DNA of 64,000 nt from Phoronis australis. Its lineage: Eukaryota > Animalia > Phoronida. Both the position numbers and the translations under genes were made by a program. This document shows positions 26,751 through 38,899 of the stretch, piece by piece. Every line of letters begins with the position of its first letter. Position 1 is the stretch's first letter. The notes below the pieces were generated by a model. That model worked only from the letters and a program-made list of their open reading frames with translations. It was not told the DNA's origin and did no database searches. The stretch is from assembly GCA_002633005.1 (NCBI GenBank), contig NMRA01000022.1, positions 867,357 to 931,356 on the forward strand. Reading direction: 5' to 3'.

Positions 26751-28537
26751 TTTAAACGCCTGTCTCTGTATGTTTGGAGTTCCTCAGTAGATTTTTATGA
26801 AATTTGGCAAATCTAGAGAGACGACACCTTCTCAATTTCAGACGCTAAACGTACTCTGTGTCATCTTATGGCCGTTTTATGTTCCTAAAAACAGCATACC
26901 GTTTGGGTGTACAGTCGTGGGCGCATTTCAACGCTTTGCGTTGCTCATATTTATACATGTACATGTATATACGAAATTTGCTGAACACAAAACAATGTTC
27001 AACGAATTGTAATTTTCAATCATTATGGTAAATATTATCTCGATCTTTGACGGTCGTTCGCAGCGCAGTAATGATATATACTGGCAAGAGACGTAAGAAA
27101 ACTATTGATTAAAGTGACAAGTAAATTTCGAGACTATTTTTAAGCGGTGGATGTCACTGAGTTTTTGACGATTACTCTCGAAATGCCTGACTGTGTTGAA
27201 TGAACAGCTGGTCACGGGTATGCGTCGTAGACTGGTCCTGTTTCCTATGTGTGTACAGCGTTGTTGCATCTGAGTGGGTCAAGACCCTCAATTCATATCC
27301 TTGTAACCCTGTATCATTTTTATTTTTGCTTGAGGATGAGATCAGAACAGATCCAAACAGAGCTGTCACTTGGCCGTCTGTTATGTAGTTGCGACCGTCA
27401 AAGATACAGAGAGCTTGAGAGAATTTCGCTGAAATTTATTTCTTTACTGCGCGTTGAACGCACTGTTATTTTTAAGCTCCGATTTCACACCTGTTTTGAC
27501 CAAAGAACTATTTAAGACCAATTTCAAAACGATAAATGGGCTAAATTCGGAATTACTTTTTGACAGGAAGCTCGGGTTTAATGCCGTTAATTAACAGAAG
27601 TTGGCTGACTTGCCTATATGTGTTACAGTATCAACCCTGTCAACAGTCACTATTTTTGTGATCTCTCCTAACACCCGGCCTAAGAAACGATGGCAACAAG
27701 AATGAGAGACATCCGCAAGACATTTAGTTAGTCTATCCTAGTATTAAAAATGAGCCCTGTTTTGACGATTTTATTAATCACTGGTTCTGTTGCCCGTTAG
27801 TGCAAAATATGCATCTCTCGTGAGAAATTAAAACAACGTTGTTCAACGTGGGTGGCATTTTCCCTTAGCCCCAAAGCGTTAGTAACGCTTGTTTAATTTT
27901 GAAAGTTTGAGAGAAGTTCTTAACTAGATCCAAAAGTTTGAGAGGATTTGTTAACTAGATCCAAAAATTTGAGGACTCACGAGGGTTTTGGAGTATTGTT
28001 TTGTGTCAACCATTCAAGTTATCTAGTTTTACATAGCTGGTATCTGATATACTGGACTTAAACACGCTGCATTACAGTATACATTAGCGCAACCATCAAA
28101 ACATACGTTAGAGTATCATACTCAGTTTCATGACTACAGACGACATTTGGAGTAGCGGTTCAGTTCCAGTACCGAAAGGACATATATCGTGATATCCTTC
28201 GAAGCTCCCTGCTCGAGGGTTCTCCAACAACTACTTGGGATTGGTAGGAATGTGCGCTGTGCTTCTTTTTGCCATCGGAGAGATGGGTAAAGGAAAAAAA
28301 CAGCGACCAGGTTGGGCCTCGGCGAAAGTGGCATTGTTTCTGGTGGTAGATTTCAGTGTTTGGTTTGTCTCGGTTACCCATTTTAACAGTCGCTCGGGTA
28401 TTGCGCTGGTCTAGTTTTGCCCATTACGAGGACGGAACATCGATGATCGAAGCAGCCGTAGTAATATTCAAGCACTTAGCTGGTGAATTCGTTTTGGATT
28501 TGCGAACAATAATCTCGATATCTTTGGTTGATTTCAG

Positions 28538-28673
28538 ATTGATCCCACGTTTCATCCACAATGGCACACTCAGATTTACGGTACGAAGAAATGGAAATTA
28601 GAGCCTCCCTCCGAGTGCTACTTTGAGTGTCCGAACGCTTACATTGACGTCACCATGAAACCAGGCGACACAC
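28538..28673 (+). CDS. JmjC/cupin-domain protein, exon 3
   Basis: TTTCAG acceptor. Reads IDPTFHPQWHTQIYGTKKWKLEPPSECYFECPNAYIDVTMKPGDT, completing H-I-D and carrying the JmjC motifs W..Q..G.K.W.L.PP and PGD. Donor C|GTATGT (phase 1). Confidence 0.92.
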
Positions 28674-28839
28674 GTATGTATCCCATATACCATGTAAGCT
28701 GACACTAGAGTACGCGGGGTCCGGAACGGCCGAGAAAAGAAAGACTCAGTGAAACACGAATAAAAGAGAAAAAAGAAATTAGTGACAATTTGTCAACTAC
28801 CAGTGCTGAATTTACCTTATTGAGGCCCTGACCAGTACA

Positions 28840-30326
28840 TTTTTATGCGCCCACATATTTATATGCGGACGCATTATGCCGTCATCTCCGTCCGTCCGTC
28901 CGTCCGTCCATCCAGGCGGCGTCCGGCTTCCGCTGCTCTATCTCCAAAACCCTTTGACATAGGTTCATGAAATTTGGCACATATGTTCCATTCATGAATG
29001 GGACGGCATGTGCGAACTTTCGGACGGATCCGACTACCCAATTTTAGTTTTTTACGCTTACCTTTGTATATTCAAAAGTCCTGAACGGATTTTCATGAAA
29101 TTTGGTATGTAGGCACCTATTAGTGAGATGACGCTATCCTCCCGTTTTCAGATGGATTCGACATAGTTTGCGCCACCTAGTGGCCATTTTTAGTGTTTTC
29201 GAGTCTGTTTTTGTGCGTCCACCCCTCTATCAACCAAACCGCTCAAAGGATGATTGTGAAAATTGGCATGTATATGCTTACTATGTAGAGGACGGTTGAC
29301 GATGATTTTCCGACGATTTCGACTACTGTGGCGCCTCCTAGTGGCAGTTTTTTTTTTTTTGCGCCTATGGCTGTATCTCCTAAACCGTTCGCAGGATCTT
29401 TACGAAATTTAATAAGTGTATTTATATGATGTTAACAACAGACGATGACGACTTTTGGACGGATCCGCCTACCAGTGTGCCCCCTAGTGGCAATTTTATT
29501 TTTTTACGTTTACCTCTGTATCTTCACAAGTCCTTAACGGATTTTCATGAAATTTGGTATGTAGGCACCTATTAGTGCGATGACGCTATCCTCCCGTTTT
29601 CGGATGGATTCGACCTAGTTTGCGACACCCAGTGGCCATTTTTACTGTTTTTGAGTCTGTTTTTTGGCGTCCACCCCTCTATCAACCAAACCGCTCTAAG
29701 TATGATTGTGAAAATTGGCATGTATGTTCTTACTATGAAGAGGACGGTTGACGCTGAATTTCCCATGACTTTGATTTCTGTGGCGCCTCCTAGTGGCATT
29801 TTTTTTTTGCGCCCATGGCTGTATCTCCCAAACGGTTTGCAGGATCTTTACTAAATTTAGCAAGTGTATTTATGTGATGTTGACAACGGACGATGACGAC
29901 TTTAGGATGATTCTGACTACCGGTATGCCTCTAGTGGCAATTTAAGTATTTTACATTGACCTCTGTATTTTCATAGGTCTTCAGGTGTATACTTTGTGTT
30001 ACTTCGTGACTATGAAGGAAAAGTTCCAAGTAGAAATTTGTTTCTGGCATTCTAATGCTGTGCTAATCTCGTATGTTGGTAAATTTCTTTTTAGTTCTAT
30101 GTTTCTGTGGTGCTTTAAGCAACTGATGTATAGTATTATGAACATCACTCACATTTTGCCCCCAGCCTATTGAGGAGACAATGACCATGCCTTTCCATTT
30201 TGCAAAGTACAACATACTACATATATGCCCTCTACTGGCCACTTTATGGTAGCAATAAACAACCTAGAGGGATACCGTATACGGTGCAATTGTGGGCGCA
30301 TTCCAACGCTCTGCGTTGCTCTTGTT
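28840..30326 (+). mobile_element. Helentron-associated non-autonomous element (HINE / DINE-1 / pearl-like) with an internal tandem array
   Basis: 5' T-run plus subTIR atgcgcccaca (28845-28855), (TCCG)n microsatellite, ~150-bp tandem cores, 3' subTIR tgtgggcgcat (30291-30301) and terminal hairpin caacgc-tct-gcgttg. Confidence 0.85.
29085..29980 (+). repeat. Higher-order tandem repeat: two ~451-bp units, each of three diverged ~145-161-bp monomers
   Basis: aacggattttcatgaaatttggtatgtaggcacctattag recurs at ~29085 and ~29536; monomer landmarks are spaced 161/146/145 bp. Confidence 0.85.
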
Positions 30327-32365
30327 ATTGGAATGAGGGCTCTACTTTTTAAAAAAGAAATTGCAATATCTTCTAGGCTCACTTGAACGTGTGCATTTAA
30401 TTCCAAAAAGTCAAATTTGTTTTAAACATGTTTTCCAGAGCAAATTAATTTATAACTTGAAATTCACGAAGACTTGTTTTAGAGAATTTACAACTGTATT
30501 TCTCCAGGGACCCCTCTGTAGCAAACTATAATACAGTGATCTGTCGCAATCTCTGTTTTTGAAATTGTATGATATCATTTGATGTGAGTCTCAGTTCTTA
30601 GAAGCTGCCGCTGATGACATCGATGGTTTCTCTTTTCTCGTGGTTTTCATATTTATATCATTTTTATAGGCCATTACCAGTAAGGGCTGGAATGACGAAA
30701 TCAATCAGTTGTTCCTCTGGTCATGTTTTTTTTTGTGAACCGATGACGTAAGGAGGGTGACCAGGTGATATGATCAACAGTCACTCTCAACTGTCTGAGG
30801 TTGTTCGTATGAAATTTCCTGTGTGGATGACGACTGACAGCAGTATGAACAGTGCAAATGTAGAAAGGAATAAAATTTAAATGAGACACAAGGAATCGTA
30901 AACAAAGATTTATGCGATTTTGGAGTGCACAAACCGAGACAGCCTACCACTGGAATGAACGAGATTCTGAAATTTCTCGACCCCAAGCCCTACATGGGAT
31001 GCTCCGTCTCCCGTGCTCTCTCGTCAAGGATACGTATCTGCACTCATCCTTCAGTAATTGCATAAAAATGCCATACTTTAAATTACAGAGTTTAAAAAAG
31101 TCTTGCAACTTAACGTTCCCAGCAATGGACTCAAAATAAGCGTTGAGTTGCTGGCGTCACAGTATGATGTTCATCACGTCAAGCTTATGAGTTCGTCTGG
31201 TAACCCTCAAGGGTTTTGATTTACATGTTTGAATCTTCGAAAATCAGAAATTGATCATGCTTGGTGAACTTTGATACAAGTTGGATTTTTTTCGGTGAAT
31301 TTTGATGTAGTATGATGCACGCCCCCGGCATAGTCACAACAAACTCGGGTACCCATTTTCAACCAGAGATTTTGAAACAGCTTCTAAGGCAGTGTAACTG
31401 GGCCCCGAAACAGTACCTCTTCAACATCTACCCCTTCAAAGCCTGACGCTTAACTAAAATAAGATTCTATCCTCCTGACATTTTGAACTCATGTGTCGTT
31501 TACTTTTCCTCACAAAAACTGACAAGATTGTGGCACTTGTATGAGAGGAAATGTACCTTCGTAGAAATGCCACAGCTAATTGCTAGTCACAGTTTTATGA
31601 ACAGGCCTTGTGGGAGTGAAAGCGGATGTCAAAATAGCGTTCAGCAGCGAAAAATTCATTCCCATTTATTACTTTCTGTTTCAGTGAACACCCGTATCGA
31701 TTTTATGAAAGCGATTCAATCTACGAACGTGTCATGTTTAAACAACTTCTTGCAGAAATTACAATAATTGATTTACTGTGAGAACAGAGTTTTGTAGCTC
31801 ATTTCTGAGATTACTTCAACAAAATGGTTCTTGTGGTTAAAAAAGAATGCAGGTGCCCTGATTCCGTTTGCGGTACATCAGGCGTGCCTAGGCCGCAAGG
31901 CTGGGCCCATTACATTAATCAGTCTGTGGTGAGGTTAGCAGCTAGACTTTCTGAACCTGGGGACCATTTATGAAATAAATCTCTGGTCTCGTGATTGGTG
32001 AGTGACAATGTTAACTGTTTTTGACCAATTTCAAGAGAAATTATTTGAAGCTAAAAACTACACAGTCAGATGTGAATAATGAATAATCTATTTTTTGAGA
32101 ATTTTGCTTGTGTTTTGACAGATTCTTACATTTTTGTCTCTTTACAGTTATATGTTTAGAAATCACTGTGAAAACAATTTGTGATCTGCCACGGCTAGTC
32201 CAGGATCTGTTTGAGTTAGTCTCGGTTCATCTGGAACACCTTGGCTATTTTCTTTTAGCCTCACATTTCGCCTCGGATGTGAAAATTATCTTCGAATATG
32301 TGGACTTAAGTCATACAACTTTTAAGTTGGAGAAAGGTTGGCCGTATGACTGAACTTCGCATATG

Positions 32366-32490
32366 CAGGGACGGATCCATGATTTTGAGTTGGGGGGGGA
32401 GCAGGGCAGAGTATTAGCCAGAATTTTGCCCGTCAGACATTCGCATCCTCGAACTGCCAAATGNAAGGCCCCCCTCTAAATCCTCCACTG
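32366..32490 (+). mobile_element. CAGGGACGGAT...CCTCCACTG MITE with 5-bp TSD ATATG (contains an assembly N)
   Basis: Imperfect TIRs; ATATG at 32361-32365 and 32491-32495. Shares the attcgca...cgaactgccaaatg block with 5845-6256. Confidence 0.8.
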
Positions 32491-35400
32491 ATATGCGCAT
32501 ATAATGTTCATCTCTGAGGGAAATTTGAGTCTACGAAAATACTCTAGACGTTATTATTGCCGTGAGAAACCACGCGAACTATTCGAAATCGTTTGTACAT
32601 TGTACATGTAGGCAATTTACAATGCTGTCAATGCGAGGAGCATAAAATCATAGACAAGTTGGTTGGAAGTGGTTGGGAATAAAACCATGGCAACCGTCCA
32701 ATGACAATCGCTAAGTCATGGCACGGTTACTGGATTTTTGGCGATTCTTTCTGCTACTGTATACATTGTGACGGGAACTTAACGTCAACGCACCTGTTCG
32801 TAGGGCCTAAATCTTTCACTTGTTATAGTAAAACTAACACTCAGAAACCAAATGTCACTTTTCGTAAAATAGTGTACCATGATTTAACACCCAAAAATAT
32901 CTTGTATTGCAACGTCCAGGCATGTAGTTTGATATGTTGTCGAAAGAGGTCGTCCTAACACTAGAACTGAAAAGATATCAGGGGCCAGACTATTCGCAAC
33001 AGTCAGCCAGGGCCACAGGTCGGTGCGTATAAGGAATGACCAATGTAATTGTCAGGTTTGTTGACTAATTTTGCCGAGAAATCGTTGATTGTATGGGACC
33101 GCACCTCAAGAGCCTCGCTTGATGAACAATAATAACAAAATGAAAATGAAGAAATGAAATTAATATTTGATTTGATAACTTCAACTCTCGATCAAAACTC
33201 AGTCAAGCAGGCATCCGGAAATCATTATCAGTGCAAACTCTCGCGATTTTTCTCGGGGTCGCAAGCTCTAATAATACCTTCTGACACAGCGCTACCTATA
33301 CTGTGGAAACATGATGAACGACGTGTGTGAGCATCAGTGTCCATGCCTCGGTCGGAAGTATACCGATCAAATCCCTTGCACACACCTTTATGTACTGTAC
33401 TTGGGGTTCTCTTGATTTTATTTACTTGAATCCCTGTCCGGCTTTTTTAATAAATTGCAACTATTCAAGACAATGGTGGTCGCCATGCTACGTAACAGTA
33501 AACTGAAAGGGGTTTTCCAGATTTCAACCAATGGAAATGACTGAATGTTATGACGTCGGTTTCATTGCTTTAACCAATGACAAACCATGTTCAACAACAT
33601 TTCACAGTGCTACCTTTCGTAGCACTGTTAAAGTTCTTCTTGCAAACTGCCCATGTGGTTCCAGTATCCGAAAATACTTACTACATAAATTCTTATTTTC
33701 GACACCCTTTCTTTATATTCTTTTCGCCTTTCTTGCCAAAAGCGATTTTTAACAGTATTTGACCCTTCTCTGAGCGTATGATTACCGGTTGTCATCGGTT
33801 ATTTCCGTACCCACATTTCCGGCTCATCAGTTCAGGAACTTGTCCTGAACGCCGCCATTTTTTCCTTGTAACTGAATGTGCTATGGCTTGCTCGAAAAGT
33901 CTTCATTATTTTGTTTTATTAGTAATATATCGTGATTCGTTTGCATATGTAGTGTATTTATAGTTTGTAGTTAGTGGTCGTTGATTTTGTTTGGAATGTT
34001 ACGCGTACTTAGTATGTTAAAATAGCATTCAGTTGGTGTTTAGTTCCCTACGTAGGCGAGTCGAACCTAGGAACCAATATGGGTCGAACCAATTTTTTCC
34101 GGTTTTATTTTTTTCCTCTCTTCGAAAAAGTACTTTGCTATCATCGGAAAGGTAGTACATTCTACTCAGTAAAAATCGAAAAAGTATCAAAATCGGGGCA
34201 AGCACTGTAAAGTTATTGCAAGTTTTGTGGCGAAATTTGGGTCACTTTGTTTGGATCGCGTCGGCCATATTGGAGGACAGCGGGATGAGTTACGAGTTTA
34301 AAACTTTGTGTAAATTGTTTTCGCCAACAAATTACGGTGAAATTTAGTTAGACATATCTTTACTTACTATTCTGCACGATTTAGCAGTGTTCACCAAATT
34401 TCAGCCTCGCAGTTGTTACTCATTAAGTGATAAATGTGCTCACAATTCCCGTTGGACTTCGTCTCATTTCTGGCGGCACCTACAATGTCGACTTTTGCTG
34501 AACTGAAAGGCATGTTCAATCGGCTACTTTGTAATTTGTGAAGATTTAACGTTGATACATTTTGACAAACGTTGCTACAAAAAAGAAACTTTGTTCAATT
34601 TTCGTGTTTTTTGTGTTTGTGGCCAGCGACCAGTTAGGCCTAAGGGTAGTCTTGGCGCAAAGCTGTATAGGCCTACTAACAAGCTGTATTTTGACTATAG
34701 TCTTCACTGGTAGCTGGTGACTGAGGCTAACTAAGGTCTGCCGCGGCAGTGTGACACAGGACTAACCAGCCCGTAATTTCATGCAAGTGTCTGAAACTAC
34801 CCTTGAATATATGCAGCATTTATCATTTGACCATTTTACTTCGACAAAACAGCTTGCAACCGCATGCATTTACCGTTCGCCAGTGTCTGGTCTCGATCCG
34901 CACCGGGTCCGATAGGCTGCGGTCCCGAGTCTGGCAAAATAATTTCTGTCAAAATTTATTCGCCACATTTCTTCAGCAAATTCCATAAAATTGTCCGTAG
35001 TTTGATTTTATCAAAATTAAGGCGCGCTGTCGATTTTTTTATCCCCGTTTGCTGGCTGGTAACAGTACAGGCACTGCTCCAGTCGCACTGACGGCGTTTT
35101 CTCGGCCTGGGTTCCTGAATGAATTGTACTTCCGGGTTCGCGGCAAGTTCAAAATGGCGGTGTTTCTTCGGGTGCGAATCGTGAGTGGCGCGTTCATTTG
35201 AACAGTTTTCGAGTACGGATCGTGTATTAGTTATGGGGTAGGTACTTCTTGGATCCTTATAACATCTTCTAACCATGTAATAAGGGTTAACAACGCGTGA
35301 GAGAAGGACTTTAAAGAATGTAGCTCTAAAAATAGAATACATATAGGTCACGTGCGACAGTTAGCATTCCAGGGATAGACACAACCCTAGACCTACCGGC

Positions 35401-36408
35401 GCTAACTGCTTGACTTGGACAAGATGAGTGTGTACTTGAACTACATGTATAAACCTGAGTGTTTTTAGACGAAAGTTTTCGTTCGAAGATTAGAAAAGCG
35501 TAAACAGTGGTATCAACTCGACCTACTTTACTCGGGCAGTCCCACGGGCAATTGTGACCTACTTTTCATTTGGCGGATTTTAGCAGACGACAGAATAAAA
35601 TATCGGTGAATCTTCACTGATTTTGTTCGAAAGATACTAAAATCTATGACATCGTACAGACAATTTGACCTTAAGGTACATACCCAGCTTTACATGAACA
35701 TATCGCATCAGTGGCCTTGTCATTTGTCAGGTGAAGGTGAACCCCGTATGGGGTTCTTCGGATTTTCGCTAGCTCCGACATACTTTTCCCCGAACACTTA
35801 TTTTTTATCGTCACCTTTGCAAATTCCCACAAAATAAGCGTAGGAATCTTTGCTGAAAGGCATCGCCTGTTGTCTTTGTCGAAGCATTTTCGGATAGTGC
35901 AAAAAACACTCAATCGATTCCACCAGGAACGTCGTTTAGCCACAGTGTATTTGCCTCTGTTTGTTTGTCGGGTGTCACTTGACTGTTCGACAGGTCAATA
36001 TTGGTATTCCATGTACGTTCTGTGGTACTGAGGAAGATCGTTTGCCATTGCAGGTTCAGTTAAACATTTGATTTGCAATTCAAGTGTGCTATGTATCTTC
36101 ACTTTCGATATGCGGACTACCAACTCTGTTTGAAGGTTGGTCTACCTACAGTAGCAAAAACAAGCTTCATGTTGCGTTTTGCGTTAAGTACAAGAGGTGG
36201 GAATTGAATAAATATCTAGGACAATACCTTGAGAGTATGTTGCTATATACAAGGTGTGGGCCCCTCTATAAGTCAGAATGTCCGGCCGCCTCTACAGTTT
36301 CTCATGATTAGGGCACGGACCAAAGAGAAACCCTGCAAGTGAGACACTATCCAAAAATCTGTGTGTATCCCAGCACTTTGTTAAAAATCACTAATACTTT
36401 ACTTTCAG

Positions 36409-36494
36409 TTGTCTTTCACAACGGCATGTGGTATCACCAAACCATCAACGTGGGGGATGATCTGAGTATCGGCGTCGCCGCGGAGTACGACTAA
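36409..36494 (+). CDS. JmjC/cupin-domain protein, terminal exon 4
   Basis: Polypyrimidine tract plus TTTCAG acceptor; phase matches (C|TT = Leu). Reads LVFHNGMWYHQTINVGDDLSIGVAAEYD*, with the distal JmjC His in WYH. AATAAA at 36741-36746. Confidence 0.9.
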
Positions 36495-36597
36495 ACGGGG
36501 AATGATAGGCTGCGTATCGGAGTCGCCGTGGAGTACGACTAAACGGAGAATGATCTGAGTATCGGAGTCGCCGCGGAGTACGACTAAACGGACAATG
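36457..36597 (+). repeat. Three tandem copies (45/48/45 bp) of the last codons and stop of the JmjC gene
   Basis: Units start at 36457, 36502 and 36550; core gtatcggNgtcgccgYggagtacgactaaacgg. Confidence 0.95.
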
Positions 36598-38824
36598 GCG
36601 AGTCTTCATCAGGGGAGAACGAAGAAGTATTGAAGGGGCATTATCTGTTTTAAGGCCGTAAAGCGCATTTTTGGAACTATTGTTCGATGGGACATCCATG
36701 TGCTTTTTGAAGTTTTTTAAATCGATCAAGAGCATAAGATAATAAAATCCTTTGTTTTTTTCGTTTTATTTAAGTCGCGGGGTTGGACTGCAACCGCGCG
36801 GGTTGATTCCTCGCTGAGCGATGATCTCAGAAAATCAGAATTTTAGCCCATAGTTTCACGTTAAGGACTATGGCCGATATGCCAAAGTTGACTGAAAAAA
36901 TAAGTGCAATTTGTCAGCTTTTTTGTCATGCAAGGGTGGCGGGGAAATGAAATTTGTTGATAATTTTGATGCACCATCAAACGACATATTTATAGTAGGT
37001 ATTGCAAAGAGGATATATTCGGCAAGCTCAGTTTTAATGGTGAAGAATGTTCTAGTTTGTGAAAATATAGTGAAACACTGTGCAGTGATAGTACTGGTGT
37101 CACAGCCGAAAAAGAAATCTATTTTCACAAAAATTCACTATTTCATATTCTTATAGTATAGATGCACTTGTGGCATATCTCTCTCATTGTTAGAAATTTT
37201 AAAAAAGGTTGGTTTTGGGAGAAAGTTTACTCTATAAAATAAATATATAAAAAATATTTGCTGTGTATGCAGAAAGACATGTGAGATATTAAGTAATATC
37301 TCATTTCAATAGATTAGTTGTTTTCATATGAAAGTCACCAATTTCTGGGGAGGTACGACGCTGGTAGTGGGAACCAATGTCCCAGCCAACGGCACTGACA
37401 TAAGTACATGTAACAGCGCAGTGTCGTAAATGCAAGATTCTCGCTAAGGAAGCTATCGCGAAGTCATAAGTGTTCTTGAGTTCTCGCGAGATTCTCGCCT
37501 CTACGGAATGTATGTCAGCTTAAAAGGCCGAGTGATGTGTGGTACATGGTCGAGATTTATTCATGCACATCTGCGACAAATTTGTTCCACAATGCATGGA
37601 CACATTGTTTCTCTGCCCTATTTCCTTGGCACATGTAGCTTATTCATATTCAATCATTTATCTAAGTCTTTGAACTCAATTTTATTACTTGTCTCTTCGT
37701 TACCTTCCTTCCGAAAATTTACTTAATAATGTTTGTCAGGACTGAAGCGTAAACTCCGAAAACGACACGTCAGGGTTTTACGTAATCTACGGGATCGCGT
37801 GGATTAGAAAGAGCAGAAAATTGGTATCCCATTTGGAAACAAAGTGTACCTCTTGTCGCTTCAATGCTCTTCAGTTTCAATGAAATCAGTAGATAATCTG
37901 TCACAGGCAGGAAGGTTGCACGAACCCTCGTGGATTCAAAAGGTACGTGTACTGCCGTTGGCCATCAGAGGAAAAGTACCCGTAAATTACGCTCGTAAAC
38001 ATTTGCCTCACAAATTACAGAACAAGAGACCCACCTCCCGTTCAGTAACGCTAGGACCTGGCTAAAAAGCAAGACTTCGCGAGATTACGCGAGATATTGC
38101 CGTGTAGTTTAAATGAGAACACGTGACTTTAACTAGGTCCAAGCGTAGGCGCTAGCGTAACTGAACGCCCACACGCGGGTTGTATCCACTGGATTGTTGC
38201 GTAACGTCAGTTGTTAAGTATATGTTCACCAATGACAACGTTGTGCATACAATGGCATTGTTTTTACCCTGCCATAACGTTATCCAACACACAGTGTGAC
38301 TCGGTCCAGGATGCTCAACCAATGAATATGACTCGAACCGGATGGACGTTTAAAATGCCGTTAGGGTGACTTTTGGCTCCTCCTCGGAAGAGGTTTGTAT
38401 CTGTTTCTGTGAGAGCTAGATGTTCCTTTGACGTATTTTTTATATTTAATTAACAAAAGGCTGCCCAAAGAACGGTTTCAGTAAAAGTAATTTAAGACTC
38501 CGTTCAGAATGAAATTCAATCTTAAAAGCTGCCATTTTACAAGAGCCCATGTCCTCTTTGCTCACGATATCGTGGGATTACCATATTCAACGCATCAAGC
38601 GCAAAAACCCAGAACACGGTGTCACAGATTGTTTATTAATAACAGTATGCAGCAACATTTGTCTACGCGGTACACGTTGATCAGACCTTGTCATCGAAAT
38701 ACAAAAAGATGTACACACGTTTTATAATCTGTATTCTTAAGTCCGCGTCAACTATATTTTCAGAAAAAGCGTACTTTCACTTCTCTTATTTAATTTTATG
38801 CTGACCTGACACGCACGCTCACGT

Positions 38825-38826
<2 letters not shown>

Positions 38827-38899
<73 letters not shown>
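38827..38899. repeat. (CA)n microsatellite abutting an assembly gap
   Basis: Perfect CA run followed by Ns at 38900-38952. Confidence 0.98.

Larger units (their letters stand above)
24215..26952 (+). mobile_element. Helentron-associated non-autonomous element (HINE-like) in intron 2, interrupted by a MITE and a LINE
   Basis: Core blocks (gctgtatctcctaaacc...gaatttggc...gatgacgacg) match 28840-30326. The 3' end gtgggcgcat plus hairpin caacgctttgcgttg (26917-26943) matches 30291-30318. The 5' boundary is approximate. Confidence 0.7.

Noticed and set aside
32148-32353. Candidate terminal exon of the JmjC gene (good TTTACAG acceptor, open frame)
   Set aside because: The translation lacks the distal His motif; 36409-36494 fits the JmjC pattern far better.
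36445-36735. Minus-strand 96-aa ORF with repeated PFSRTPRR
   Set aside because: It is the antisense reading of the triplicated JmjC C-terminus.
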